From Octopus vulgaris (taxonomy: Eukaryota), in contig OX597842.1 in assembly GCA_951406725.2 (NCBI GenBank), positions 33,728,001 to 33,792,000 of the forward strand: a DNA stretch of 64,000 nt, given 5' to 3'. Position 1 is the first letter of the stretch. Every line of letters begins with the position of its first letter. A program made the translations under genes and the position numbers. The notes below the pieces were generated by a model that saw only the letters and a program-made list of their open reading frames with translations, searched no databases and was not told the origin of the DNA. This document shows positions 40,347 through 56,060 of this stretch, in pieces.

Positions 40347-41264
40347 TATCGTTATTATTATTATCATTATCACTATTTTGGTTATTCTCATAATTAAGAC
40401 AATATATTGGAAAGAATCATTAGTGCGTCGAAACAAAAAGAGCATGCAAATTTCGTTACGTCCACATACGTTATAAGTTCAAATCCCGCTTAAGTCAATT
40501 TCACATTTCATCTGCTTCGGGAAAGGGGTGGCGAGGGGAGGGCGGATCAGAAGCTAAAAGGGTATCAGTCAATTATGGATATCGATTTAATTGGTTAAGC
40601 CACGCCTATCTCTTAATCTCTGATCTTGTTCCTACGGTTGAAAATATAATTATCTTCAAAGATTATATACGCATGTTTAATTGTGTGTTAATATATATTT
40701 ATTGGGTTTGTATGAGGTTTATGGGTTTGTAGGATTGTTGGGTGTATATTAAAGGAACAGGTGTTGACAAACTTTAAAGTTGGTACGTGTGAGCCTGTGT
40801 GTGTGTGCGTGTCTGTATGTATGCATATGTATGTAAATGTGTGTGTGTATGTGTGTGTGTATTCACACTTACGTCCATGCATAGATACACACACATACAT
40901 ACATACCTAAACACTCAAACGCAGACGAACAAATATATACATATATATAAACATATATATATATACATACATACATATATATATACTCATGCATACATAC
41001 ATTTATATACATATATATATACACACATATATATACACATACACACACACATATATATATATATATATACATACACATATACACACATATATATAAACAT
41101 ATATATATATATATACACATGTATACAGGTACATATATATACATATATACATACATATACATACATGTACATACATACATTTACATACATATACATACAT
41201 ATATATATACATATATACACACACACACACATATATATATATATAGACATATGTGTGTGTGTAA

Positions 41265-41646
41265 CTTACCTGTTTCAGTCATTTTGAGTGTGGCCATGCT
41301 GGAGCATAACCTTTAATGGTCTTTAGTTGCAGAAATCGACCCCAGGGCTTAATCTTCATAAGCCTAATACTTATTCGAACGGTCTCTTTTGCCGAACCGG
41401 TAAGTTACGGGGTCGCAGACACACCATCATCGTCTTGGAAGCCACGGTTGGGGAGACAAACACAGACACAGAGACATACACATAAACATATATATATATA
41501 TATGACGGGCTTTTTCTGTTTCCGTCGGCCACAAGGCTTTGGTCAACCCGAGGCTATTAACAGAAGACACTTGCCCAGTGTGCCACACGGTGAGATTGAA
41601 CCCGCAACCAGGTGGTTGAGAAGGAAACTGCTTACCAAACATCCAC
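41265..41646 (-). mobile_element. SINE family A (diverged)
   Basis: Tail, body and head recognisable. Confidence 0.8.
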
Positions 41647-41837
41647 AAGTATGTATGTATAGGAAGAATTTTGCTTAAACAACACCATATGACCCTTCGT
41701 AACCTCTCTAATATTGGGAATTTTTAGAAGCCTTTTGTGTATATGTATCCTACATTAAGGAATTCATTCTCTTATGCAAAAACGAAAACAAAGTAAGGAT
41801 TTTGGTACGTAATTTAAGGGTTATTTAGCAATAAGAT

Positions 41838-42245
41838 AGGCACAGGAGGGCCTGTGTGGTAAGTAGCTTGCTTACCAGCCATATGGTTCCGGGTTCAGTC
41901 CCACTGCGTGGCACCTTGGGCAAGTGTCTTCTACTATAGTCTCGGGCCAACCAAAGCCTTGTGAATGGATTTGGTAGACGGAAACTGAAAGAAGCCCGTC
42001 GTATATATGTATATATATGTGTGTGTGTTTGTGTGTCTGTGTTTGTCCCCCTAGCATTGCTTGACAACCGATGCTGGTGTGTTTATGTCCCCGTTACTTA
42101 GCGGTTCGGCAAAAGAGATCGATTGAATAAGTACTGGGCTTACAAAAGAATGAGTCCTGGGGTCGAGTTGCTCGATTAAAGGCGGTGCTCCAGCATGGCC
42201 GCAGTCAAATGACTGAACCAAGTAAAAGAGTAAAAGAGAGTAAAG
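41838..42245 (+). mobile_element. SINE family A (full length)
   Basis: Complete copy. Confidence 0.9.
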
Positions 42246-42292
42246 AAATATATATACGTGTATATGTATGAGTGAAGTTTTGTGCATGAACG

Positions 42293-42350
<58 letters not shown>

Positions 42351-42701
42351 AGGTGTTTAAATTCCTACCACGGTTTTATATAGCTCTCACAGCTATATAG
42401 AATATGTGAAACGCTGGTATTATAGCGATGATCGCCAATTTCCGCTCCGATACCTGCGTGAAACCACGGATTGAATATAAACAGCTTCTTATAACTCGAC
42501 AGACACACAGACACAGCGGTAGACAGGGAAGAAAAAAACCAGCACTCACGCACACACATGCATTTGCGTATAGCAATACCAGAATACGTTTGCGTATACC
42601 TATGTGAAATGTATACACACACGTGTATATATATATATATATATATATATGAGGGTTTACACGCTCATTTACACGAACTAAAAGAGGATATGTGCTGGAG
42701 A

Positions 42702-42744
<43 letters not shown>

Positions 42745-42818
42745 TGTTATGTGTGTCAGTACATATGTAGGTATATATGTACGTATGTACAGTTACAAAT
42801 AAACACAAAGACACGAGC

Positions 42819-42853
<35 letters not shown>

Positions 42854-42854
<1 letters not shown>

Positions 42855-43057
42855 TGGTGTAAGCACATAAATGTGAAACAAGGTGGAAAAAAAGAGTACT
42901 CAAATACCAGTGGTAGAGTAATATGCTTTATTTAAAAGCAGCAGAAATTTAACAAAAGCTGTTACTCAGAGTTTCACGTTCCCGTTCTTCGAACAGTTTT
43001 GTTAACAAAACTCCGAGTAACGGCTTTTGTTAAATTTCTGCTGCTTTTAAGTAAAGT
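42854..43057. mobile_element. Second copy of the fold-back hammerhead-like element, right arm partly deleted
   Basis: Homologous to 6911-7145 along its length. Flanked by (TA)n. Confidence 0.8.
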
Positions 43058-43524
43058 ACATATATATATATATATATATATATGATTCTCTGTGTGTGTA
43101 TGTATGTGGCCGGGTATGTATTTATACAAATATATACGCATATCTATATGCTTGAATATTTTATATAGATCTTTGTATATATATATTCGACTATATATTT
43201 TCTTCTATGCTTGAGAACATTTGAGAAGGATGCAAATAGGAGTCAACAATGTGTGCATATACATATATATATATATATACATGCATACGTATGTATATAT
43301 ACGTATATATAAATGTGCGTATATAGTTATATAATATTCAAAACATAATTTCAATGAAATTCTTACGTAAGATCATGTATATGTATATATATATATATGT
43401 GTGTGTGTGTGCGTGTATATATGTATGTGTTTTTGTGTGTGTGCAAATATATATTCTATGTTTTAATGTTTGTATCTATATACTGTTATACTAAAACTTT
43501 TACCTTTCATCGTCAGACAGGTGT

Positions 43525-43905
43525 ATATGTGTGTGTCTTTGAGTCTGTGTTGGTTTCCCACAACCGCTTGACAAACGGTATTGGTGTGTTTACGTCCGCG
43601 TAATCTAGCAGTTCGGCAAAAGTCAACGATAGAATAAGCATGAGGCTTAAAGGAATGCATTCGACTAAACCAAAATTCTTCAAAGCGATGCCACAGCATG
43701 GCCGCAGACTCATGAATAAAATAAATAAAAAATAAAAGATATATATAGGCACAGGCTTTGTCTGCATGGTAAAAGGCTACCTTCTCCACCACATGGTTCA
43801 AAGTTCAGTCCTACTGCGTGGCACCTTGGGCTATGACTTCTAGCCGACCAAAATCTTGTGAGTAGATTTGGTAGACGGAAACTGAAAGAACCCCGTCGTA
43901 TATCT
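43525..43905 (+). mobile_element. Diverged SINE family A pieces (3' half, then the 5' head of another copy)
   Basis: Tail CAGCATGGCCGCAG at ~43695. Head ATAGGCACAGGC...GTTCAGTCCTACTGCGTGGCACCTTGGG at ~43746-43830. Confidence 0.7.
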
Positions 43906-44265
43906 ATCAATATATATGTGTGTGTGTGTGTATGAATAAACTTACTGTTAACGAAAGTCGGAATTCAATGCATTGAATACTACCAAACGTTCATGTAGGA
44001 CAAAGAAGAACCATAAATTTTCATTTGTTATCGACCAAAATCTAAGTATATATATATTTATATATAATAATTTAAGGGAATATTATTCCAAACTTATAGA
44101 GAAAAATTCAATTTAGAAATACTAAATCAAATTTCACAAAATATAATATATATATATAAATTAGATAAAAAAAGCACCTTTTATGAATTCAAACTTAAAA
44201 ACTAAAACTCGAAATCTAGATGGTGTAATTTAACTTTTTAATTTTGAATTGATAAAAAGTGTTTT

Positions 44266-44312
<47 letters not shown>

Positions 44313-44322
44313 GTATGTATGT

Positions 44323-44493
44323 ATAGGGAGAGTTTACGAAGAAAACAAAAGACGAAGATAGGTGGTGAACAAAACAAACAGATGTATTATTATAACGCTC
44401 AGGAATAGAAAAAGTCTTTTACGTTTCGAGCCTACGTTCTTCTACAGAAAGGGACACAGAAAACAAGGAGGGGAAAAAAACGTGTGTAGTGGC
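44323..44493 (-). mobile_element. Third copy of the 5226-5430 hammerhead-like repeat
   Basis: Close reverse complement of 5245-5430, with the motif at 44416-44451. Confidence 0.65.
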
Positions 44494-44661
44494 ATACAGC
44501 ATACGGCAATCGGTGTTAGTTTGTTTAAATCTCCATAATCTAGCGGTTTGGCAAAGGGGGCCGATAGAATAAGTGCAAGGCTTACAAAAAATAACTCCCG
44601 TAGCCTATTTGTTCAGCTAGAGTCCTTCAAGTAAGAGATAAAAAGACATACACACACACAC

Positions 44662-44728
<67 letters not shown>

Positions 44729-44935
44729 GATCTGAGAGACACCACCATGCCGAAATAGCAGTCAAAACCCTGACTCTAAAATCTACCTAAAATGTTCATA
44801 TCGCACCATGAGATAAGACAGAGAGACAAAACAAAGTAGCAAAAAAGATTTTACTGGATAATTCAAGATCCTGGATTTCTGGCTTTGCTTTAAATAAGCT
44901 TTGCTTTCATCAGTTTAATATACCACATTATATAA

Positions 44936-45018
<83 letters not shown>

Positions 45019-45020
<2 letters not shown>

Positions 45021-45439
45021 CGCAGGAGTGGCTGTGTGGTAAGTAGCTTGCTAACCAACCACATGGTTCTGGGTTCAGTGCCACTGCGTGACATCTTGGG
45101 CAAGTGTCTTCTGCTATAGTCCCGGGCCGACCAATGCCTTGTGAGTGGATTTGGTAGACGGAAACTGAAAGATGCTTGTCGTATATATGTATAAATATAT
45201 GCGTGTATCTGTTTGTGTGCGAGTGTGTGTTTGTGTGTCTGTGTTTGTCCCCCTAGCATTGCTTGACAACCGATGCTGGTGTGTTTGCGTCCACGTCACT
45301 TAGCGGTTCGGCAAAAAGTGAACCGATAGAATAAGTACTGGGCTTACAAATAATAAGTCCCGGGGTCGATTTGCTCGACTGAAGGCGGTGCTCCAGCATG
45401 GCCGCAGTCAAATGACTGAAACAAGTAAAAGAGTAAAAG

Positions 45440-45442
<3 letters not shown>
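45019..45442 (+). mobile_element. SINE family A (full length)
   Basis: GGCGCAGGAG start, within a long (TA)n. Confidence 0.92.
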
Positions 45443-45474
<32 letters not shown>

Positions 45475-45791
45475 ATATATACATTCACAAACAACTCTGA
45501 ATGAAATTTCTCACAACACCCACACCCCGTTTCTACCCCCCGAATTTCTGGTCCTCGAACTCGTATTGATCTCAAGATCTAACAGTACAACTCCAAGCCT
45601 TTTCTTCTCATGTATGCACCTTGTCGAGTGTTCCACCCACGCTCCACTCTCCACACGGCGTACCCTATAAACTTTACCTTGTCCACACCCTTCGACTTCA
45701 TCATAGCCACCCGGCTACCACCCCGCTCACTACTATACGCCCATAAGCCAACACACAGATACACACACACACATATCTATATATATATATA

Positions 45792-45842
<51 letters not shown>

Positions 45843-46183
45843 ACACACATATATATATCTATACACACATATATACACAACACGACTGTTTTCTTTTGTC
45901 GACGTCAACCAGTTTAAGTGCATGTATAGACATATTTTTATAGGTGTGTGTGTGTGTGCATAATTGCTTGTATAAATATATGTATGTATGTATATATATA
46001 TATATATATATATGTATGAATGTATACACAGATATTTATGAATATGTATAGTAATATACATATACACATTATCAAAAACATATTTGTGTGTGTGTGTGTG
46101 TGTTATGTATCTGCATATATAATATATATATACGTGAATTATATATATTGTATATATATATATATATATATGTCTGTGTTATT

Positions 46184-46237
<54 letters not shown>

Positions 46238-46502
46238 CACATATATATATATATATCTGAGTTATATCTACGTGTATATATATATATGTATGTATGTATA
46301 TATATATATATTATATTACATTATATTATGTCTATAGTGTGTGCGTTTATATATATTTATTTCATGTATATATCACATACATAATATATACACGTGTATA
46401 TATGTGTGTACATGAGTGTGAGCACATAAATACGTATATATATATATATATATATGTGTGTGTATATATGTGTGTACATGAGTGTGAGCACATAAATACG
46501 TA

Positions 46503-46538
<36 letters not shown>

Positions 46539-46554
46539 CGAATACATATGTATG

Positions 46555-46588
<34 letters not shown>

Positions 46589-46600
46589 CGAATACATATG

Positions 46601-46641
<41 letters not shown>

Positions 46642-46786
46642 GTGTTTATTTGTGTGCATTTTATATTATACATGACAGTGTAAATCTCCACACACACACA
46701 CACGTATTTATACTCACGCATACATATTTATACATATACACACATATACACACAGACACACGCACACACATATTTAGCGAGAGAAT

Positions 46787-46825
<39 letters not shown>

Positions 46826-47589
46826 GGGAGCAATTTCTCTTCTGAATGTCCCAAATGGAATTTTTGTAGATATAATTTTAGTACAACACATCGTCTTGTT
46901 CATCAAAAGGGGAGTATAACAAAGCGGACATTATGTCTTTCTCTCTATATATACATATATACACATACATATATAGCATAATATATATATGTATATATAT
47001 TGCATACACGAGTACGTTTGTGTGTGTCTATAGTTTGTTTCTATGTGAGGTTGGATTGTGAAAATTTTCACATTAATCTGAAAAATTTTACTAAATAGTT
47101 TTTTCTTTGTTGAATACATATTTACTGTACTTTAACATGGAGAATGTTGACAGTGACTTCGAAGCTTTTGTTGGTTTTTTCTTTTTGTTCTTGTTTTTGT
47201 TTTTTTTTAGACGAAAGCTAGCAGGCCGAATCTTCGAAGTCAGTTACACTCCTCTAATTGTAAAACATTTATAATATATATATACACACACATATATATA
47301 CATATATACATACATACATAAATACATACATATATACATACATTCATACATACATACATACATACATACATGCAAACATACATATATATACATACATATA
47401 TACATATATATATACATACATATATACATACATATATACATATATATATATACATACATATATATATATACACACATACATACTTATATACATATATATA
47501 TATACATACTTATATACATATATATATATGTACACATATATATACACTCACACACACACATATATATATATATACACGTGCGTATGTAG

Positions 47590-47690
<101 letters not shown>

Positions 47691-48299
47691 TTTAAATGTT
47701 CAGAAGTTAAACATGTACGTACAAGCATGTGGATTAAAATATATATGTATATATGAGAATGGGTATGTGTATATGTGTGTGTGGATGCATGTCCGTTTGG
47801 GACGTGGCTATTCTCTTGAAGTTCTCCACTAACAATTTAAAAAGGACCATTTTCCTTTTTAAATTTTTATCATTTTTATGTTTTTAGGTATACGACGTGG
47901 GATGAGCGGAGGAAAGAATCTCTTATTCCAGAGTTTTTTGTATACGAAAGATCGAAACAATACCACATAAAAGTAAAAACATATAATTGAACACAAATAG
48001 GGTTCAGCTAAAACCCTATTCGGGTCCTCTCCTTGTATTATTCCACCACACCGGTGTGTGATCCTATTTAAATTGGATTTGGTATGTATATATCTACATA
48101 TCTACAATCCCCTATCAACACATGATAACTTCGTGGTTGTTTTACATTAGAGTGAACCCTCTGTTATGGGACCTAGCCATTTCTGTCGCCCTACGTGTTG
48201 ATGGGCCTCGATTCTACTGAAATCTTCCGCCGTTTCATATACACTGTTGATTTTACACACAAGCTTTTATATCGACATATGTGTCTCCATATACATACG

Positions 48300-48336
<37 letters not shown>

Positions 48337-48401
48337 CATATATATACACATATATATACATACATATATAAATATACATATATATACCTTCATATACACA
48401 T

Positions 48402-48432
<31 letters not shown>

Positions 48433-48804
48433 CATATATATATACATACATATGCACACACGTGTATACATATATACATACATATATACACATATATATA
48501 TATACATATATATACATATAATAGATATATATACATATAAATATATACATATATATATATATACATATATATATATACATATACATATATATACATATAT
48601 ATATACATATATATATACACTTATACATATACGCACATATATACATATATATATATATATACAATTATACATATAAACACATATATACATATATAAACAT
48701 ATATATATATAAGAAATGGGATCAATTCATTCGAGTAGTTCTCTGAGGCGGTGCTCCAGCATGGCAACAGTCTCATAACTGAAACAAGTAAACAGGTAAA
48801 GGAT

Positions 48805-48836
<32 letters not shown>

Positions 48837-49295
48837 TATGTATGTGTATATACATATAATGTTCATGTATATACATTGTAACAGGTATCGAGGTAAACCT
48901 TGCTTTATATGCATAATAACGTATAACTACATATGAATTACAAACACACACGTGTGTGTGTGTGTGTGTGCAGATATGGAGTATCACTTTCGAGCGAAGA
49001 CATTCTGAATTAACGATCCTTAACCTTTGACTCTTTATATATATGTGTATGTATACACACACACACACACACACCTATATACATACATATATATATATAT
49101 ATATACATACCTACATTCATACTTATATAGATAGATATACAGACATATACATACTCACACATACTCACACATACTTATATATACATATATATATACATAC
49201 TTATATATATACATATATATACATACATATATATACATATATATACATATATATATACATATACATACATATATATATACATATACATACATACA

Positions 49296-49331
<36 letters not shown>

Positions 49332-49365
49332 CATATATATACATATACATACATATACCTACATA

Positions 49366-49459
<94 letters not shown>

Positions 49460-49658
49460 CATATATATATATATCCACACGGCTAATCGAAAAGTGTAAC
49501 ACCTCAATTCCTTAGACAACCAGCATCACTAGCATCACCATCACTATCACCAGTCGCAAAAACCCTAACATCCACCCACACGTTACCCCGACCCACCCAC
49601 CCCACTCGCGAACCCCCCACCCCACCCCCACCCCAACCAACACCACCTCGCCTCTTCG

Positions 49659-49717
<59 letters not shown>

Positions 49718-50045
49718 TTAAATCTTTAAGTGGTGTTTACGCGTGCCTGAGCCAATCGTCCGTTAAACGTGAGCTGTAGTAGTGTGCGAGCCCAGAGGCG
49801 ACAAGTTCAAAATCAGTCTGCAATTTTCGATGTAACATCCATGGGCCTATTTTCGTGTTAAATGAAACGAAAAAAAAAAGAAGAAAAAAAAGGAAAAGAA
49901 ATAAAAGGGAAAAAAATGAGAAAAGAAAAGAAAAAAAAAAGGCCGTTTACATGTGTTTTGTGTATATATATGTGTGTATACATATGCGTATGCTTCTATT
50001 TTGTGTTTGTGTATATATGCTTCTATATGTGTATGTTTGAATGCG

Positions 50046-50091
<46 letters not shown>

Positions 50092-50489
50092 CACACACAT
50101 ATATATATATATATACACACATATATACATATATATATACACACATATATACATATATATACATACACACATATATACATATATATGTATATATATACAC
50201 ATATATACATATATATATTTACACACACACATATATACATATATATATATATTTATTTACACACATACACATATACATATATTTACACACACACACACAC
50301 ACATATACATATATTTACACACACACACACACACATGTACATACGCACACACACACACACACACAAATACACGTGTGTGGCGTTGTTTTGGGGCATTGTG
50401 GCTTTGATTGACTTCGGTGGCGTGGTTGGAGAGGTGTTACAATTAAATTGGTAGATGGTGGTGGAGGTCATGGAGAGGGTGTAGCGGGT

Positions 50490-51050
50490 GGTGTTGTTGT
50501 TTAACACCAGTTCAGTCCTGATCCAGACAGACCTACGATCAGAGATATCCACCTGTGACCATCCCATCTTTTCTTCAGGCATAGTGTATCAAGGACTACA
50601 TTATCTAATGTATAGTATAGTAGTTAGTATTAGTGGCTATAATTGTTGTTGTTGTTATTTAGCCACAGGCCAGATCTGATCCAGACAGACCAACGATCAA
50701 AGATGTTCCAGCTGTGGCCATCCCATCTTTTCTTCAGCCATAGTGTATCAAGGACTACATTATCTAATGTATAGTATAGTAGTTAGTATTAGTGGCTATA
50801 ATTGTTGTTGCTTAGCCCTAGGTCAGTTTTGATGCAGACAGACCTATGATCAAAGATGTTCCAGCTGTGGCCATCCCATCTTTTATTCAGGCATAGTGTA
50901 TCTAGGACTACATTATCTAATGTATAGTATAATATTTAGTATTAGTGACTGTAGTAGTTGCTTATCGCCTCACTCCACCCCCACCCCCCAAAGTCACTTC
51001 TCATCCAACACAGCTATGATCAAAGACGTTCCAGCTATGGCTATCGCTTC
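50490..51050 (+). repeat. ~155-bp tandem repeat, about 3.5 units
   Basis: CAGACAGACC at 50524, 50682 and 50835. GGACTACATTATCTAATGTATAGTATA in each full unit. Confidence 0.85.
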
Positions 51051-51700
51051 TTGCAAGTAACCAAAGACTGCCTTATCCAACGATCATCTCCAGCTCTGTT
51101 CTGGTTTGATAAGGGTTCCGCTGTTATTTCCAGCAGATCTAGTCAGCACAAACCTGCTAACACCCGCACTAACCCTAAATCAAAGAAATAAACCCCCACA
51201 ACAACAAAGTGAGGGAGTTGGGTGAGTGCTTCCGCTTTTCTAAGGTTTGATAAAGGGCGATTCTGTTCGAAATCTTAGGAGGTGAATGACGTGGGGTTGG
51301 ATTTAAAAAAAAAAGGAAGAAGCACCGGTGAGGGGACGTCTATGGCTGTTCTGAGGAGGTCTGGGCGTTTTAGGAATGGTGATTAAAGGGTTAAATGCAA
51401 GGGGCAAGTGGAGGTGGTCGTGGTGGATCGGTGGGGTGGTTTAAAGAGATTTAGGGTTAGGGGTATAGAGGTGTGGTGTGTGACCCTTTAAAAAGTCTTG
51501 CTAGTCGGATGTGAATTTTCGATGAATTTTTTTCTTACGGTGCAGGTGATGGAGGAACAGTTATTAATGATGGCGATAATGTCGTAAAAGATATACAGTT
51601 TGTATGAGTACATGTGTGTGTATGTATATATGTCTATGTCTGTGTATTTATATATGTATGTATATATGTATATACGTGCGTGTGTATGTATATGTGTGTA

Positions 51701-51778
<78 letters not shown>

Positions 51779-52154
51779 AATATATATGTATATATTATAT
51801 ATATATGGCGGTGCCCCAGCATGGCCATAGCTTGTGAGCTGAAACTAGATAAAAATATTTTTTTTTATTTTTATGTATGTGAGTAAGCATATATATGTGT
51901 GTATGCATATATGTTTGCATATATGTGTGTGTGTATGCATTTGTGTGTATGTATGTATGTATGCATATATATGCATATATGTATGTGTGTGCATGCATAT
52001 ATATATATGTATATATATATATACGTGTATATATGCATATATATGTGTATGTGTATGTCTATGCATATATATATATATATATATATGCATGCACAGAAAT
52101 ATAGTGTGTATATACAAATGTGTGTGTATATCAATATGCATATATATATGCACA

Positions 52155-52208
<54 letters not shown>

Positions 52209-52435
52209 ACAACAACAACATAGTATATATAGATAAAATTAATTCATTTAATATACACAAGGGCACTAAAAGTTTAATTGAAATGTGTGGAGTTTAATTC
52301 CCGTTATAGTAATAGTGACTTCGAAGTTTAGATAAGTTTATGGTTCATTAAAAGAGTCCGATTATACAAGAAACTTGGCAATACTCCCAACAACAAACAA
52401 CAGAAATAAATATATATATATATATATATATACAT

Positions 52436-52753
52436 AGGAGTGGTTGTGTGGTAAGTAGTTTGCTTACGGACCACACGGTTCCGGGTTCAGTCCCACTCTG
52501 TGGCACCTTGGGCAAGTGTCTTTTACTATAGTCTCGGACCAACTAAAGCCTTGGGAGAGGATTTGGTAGATGGAAACTGAAAGAAGTACGTCGTATATAT
52601 GTATATATATGTATGTGTGTTTTTGTTTGTCCCCCTAGCATTGCTTGACAACCGACGCTGGTGTGTTTACGTCCCCGTATCTAGAGTTTTGACAAAAGAT
52701 ATCGATAGAATAAATACTAGGTTTACAAAGAATAAGTTCGACTAAAGGCGGTG
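52436..52753 (+). mobile_element. SINE family A (3'-shortened), with another 3' half at ~52985-53172
   Basis: Head and body motifs. Confidence 0.8.
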
Positions 52754-52905
52754 CTATATATATATATATATATATATATACGCGTGTGCGTGTGTGTATG
52801 TATGTATGCAAATATATATGTAGTTATGTGTATCGATATATGTTATATACGCACACGTTTCAACGTGTATGTATATATACTTATGTATATAAATGTATAT
52901 CTGTC

Positions 52906-52984
<79 letters not shown>

Positions 52985-53479
52985 CTATTTGTCTTTGTGT
53001 CTATGTTTGTCCCTTCACCACCCGCTTCGCGGGCGGTGTTGGTGTGTTTACATCCCCGTAACTTAGCACTTCTGCAAAAACGACCGATTGAATAAGTACC
53101 AGGGACCAATTTGCTAGACTATGGACCCTATCATGCAGTGCTCCAGCATGACCGCAGTCAAATGACTGAAAATTATAAAGGAATAATATATATAAAATAT
53201 ACGCATACTCGAGAGAAGCGCGTACGCAATCACGTTTACATATAAATATCATTTCCATCCCGTCCCACCACGACCACTGCTGCTGATAGATCTGAAAATA
53301 AACTGCCGCATATTCTTTGCAATGGTGCGGACACACAGACACATTAGAGTGTTGCAGCTGTACATAAAATGCATAGAAAAGAAGAGAGACAGAGAGAGGG
53401 AGAGAAAGAGAGAGAGAGTGTGTGTGTATGCAGGAGTTGTGTTTGTCACACACGCATGTAGGGGAATTGAGAGATAGAA

Positions 53480-53521
53480 GCAAGGAGGTTGAGATAGACA
53501 GGTAGATAGATAGACAGACAG

Positions 53522-53595
<74 letters not shown>

Positions 53596-53663
53596 GCAGG
53601 CAGGCAGGCAGGCAGACAGACAGACAGACAGACAGAGAGAGAGAGAGAGAGAGAGAGAAAGAT

Positions 53664-53724
<61 letters not shown>

Positions 53725-53778
53725 TAGATAGACAGATAGATAGATAGAGCGAGAAAGAGAGAGAGATTTATAGATAGG

Positions 53779-53809
<31 letters not shown>

Positions 53810-54362
53810 GTTTCTTTATTGGCCACACAGGGCTGCACACAGATGGGACAAGTTACAAGGTAGAGCTTTTCTTTTGGGGGATGAAGTAAACAAAGAAAAA
53901 AAAAAGGGGGTGGCGTAGGTTTTCGATCAAGAGGGATCGTAAAAGGGAAGAAAAAAAAGAAAAAAATTGAATAAAATAAAAAGAATAAAAAGAAAAAAAA
54001 AGAAAAGGAAAAGGAACAAAAGGAAAGAGAAATGAAAAAAGAAGAAAAAAGGGAAAAAAGGGGAAGAGGAAAAAAAAGAACGATCAATAGGGATCGTGTA
54101 TCACAGTGTTATGATATATGGTGTAAAGGGGAAAGCAAGTAAGGTTTATCCGTGGGAAGAAAAGCCTACGAAAAAGACCACGGTAACCTTGGTCAATATT
54201 GTTATATGTTACCACATTTGTTTGCAAGTGGGTAACCCTCTGTTTTCAATTTCTGGGTTCATAGGATTATGCTCAAGGTGGCTTCGTCATTCATACGTGC
54301 CATCCTTGCTACATTCACTCATCTTTTTTTAAAAGATAGGAGGTAGATAGAGAGGTGAATAT

Positions 54363-54460
<98 letters not shown>

Positions 54461-54522
54461 GGATAGATAGATAGATAGATAGATAGACAGATAGATAGAT
54501 AGATAGATAGATGGATGGATGA

Positions 54523-54573
<51 letters not shown>

Positions 54574-54623
54574 AATAGATAGGTATATAGATAGGTATAT
54601 AGATAGATAGATATATAGATAGA

Positions 54624-54657
<34 letters not shown>

Positions 54658-54715
54658 AATATGTTGATAAAGTAATAGACAGACTGATAGACAGATAGCT
54701 AAACAGATAGCTAGG
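53480..54715. repeat. (GATA)n/(GACA)n/(GA)n microsatellite field interrupted by an insertion
   Basis: Read directly. Confidence 0.9.
53809..54334 (-). mobile_element. Probable 3' end of a non-LTR retrotransposon (Tx1/L1-like)
   Basis: Minus strand: FKKR*VNVARMARMNDEATLSIIL* (decayed F..RW-type C-terminus), pyrimidine-rich UTR, AATAAAG then (CTAT)n. Similar 3' tips at ~29855 and ~58952. Confidence 0.45.
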
Positions 54716-55128
54716 CATGCGTATACCTTTGTATGTATGACTAAGATATATGCGTCTATTGTAAATGTGTGCGTATGCTTGCGCGTATTTGATTTATACG
54801 TGCGTGTGTGTGTGTGTGTCGCGCACACGTGTTTCAAGAGGATTCATGTGTGTGTTTGCCGTTGTTAGTGTGTTTGTATGGGTGTGTGAGTGCGTGTGTA
54901 TGAGTCAGATTTGAGGTTCCGTTGATGTGCAACACGGAGAGAAACGTACGCATGTCTGGATGCATGCATAAATGCATACATGTGTGTGTGTGTGTGTTTA
55001 TGCTTTATGCGAGCATATGCGCGTGCATGCATGTGCACATTTGTATAGATATATAGAGACAGACAGACAGACGGACGGATAGACAGACAAACAGATGGAA
55101 AGACAGATAGATAGATAGATAAATATTA

Positions 55129-55530
55129 GGCGCAGGAGTGGCTGTGTGGTAAGTAGCTTGCTTACCAACCACATGGTTCCGGGTTCAGTCCTACTGCGTG
55201 GCATCTTGGGCAAGTGTCTTCTACTATAGCCTCGGGCCGACCAATGCCTTGTGAGTGGATTTGGTAGACGGAAACTGAAAGAAGCTTGTCGTGTATACGT
55301 ATATATATATGTGTGTGTATATGTTTGTGTGTCTGTGTTTGTCCCTCTAGCATTGCTTGATAACCGATGCTGGTGTGTTTACGTCCCCGTCACTTAGCGG
55401 TTCGGCAAAAAAGGCCGATAGAATAAGTACTGGGCTTACAAAGAATAAATCCCGGGGTCGATTTGCTCGACTAAAGGCGGTGCTCCAGCATGGCCGCAGT
55501 CAAATGACTGAAACAAGTAAATAAAAGAGT
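55129..55530 (+). mobile_element. SINE family A (full length)
   Basis: Complete copy. Confidence 0.92.
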
Positions 55531-55805
55531 AAAAAAAAGAGATAGATAGATAGATAGAGAGAAAGAGAGAGAGAGAGAGAGTGAGAGGAGTGACAGAAAG
55601 ATAGACAAACACATGGTCAGATAGAGGGAGGGAGAGAGAGACACAGATTGTTTTACTTTAATTTGTTTTTTAGTTATTACACTTGCAGCCATGCCGGGGC
55701 ACCGCCTTGAGGAACTGTTAGCGGAATGTGAGTGAATTAGGTAGACATTTATATATATATATATATATATATAATCAAAATAAGCATCAAGGATATCCAG
55801 AGGTA

Positions 55806-55893
55806 ATGCAGTACGATCGTTTCGCGCAACCCCATTTAATTTAACAATGCAACCGTTACATCAATTTAAATGCAGAGCAATCGTCAGTTGCAC
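55806..55893 (-). ncRNA. Candidate type I hammerhead ribozyme motif
   Basis: Minus strand GTGCAA-CTGACGA-[long stem II incl. CATTTAA/TTAAATG]-GAAA-CGATCG-TA-CTGCAT. Canonical core and palindromic stem III. Confidence 0.55.
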
Positions 55894-55988
55894 AAAGACA
55901 TAGAATTTAATTAAATTAAAACAGATGGACACATTAGTATAATTTTACCTAAAATCTCCAAGATGTTAAGGAGATAGACAAAGAACAT

Positions 55989-56019
<31 letters not shown>

Positions 56020-56060
56020 ATAGATGAGTGCATTTTATTATTGATGAGTTTCATTTCTTC

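Noticed and set aside
49560-49650. C-rich tract, potential G-quadruplex on minus strand (also 30680-30930)
   Set aside because: Low-complexity tracts with no supporting context.
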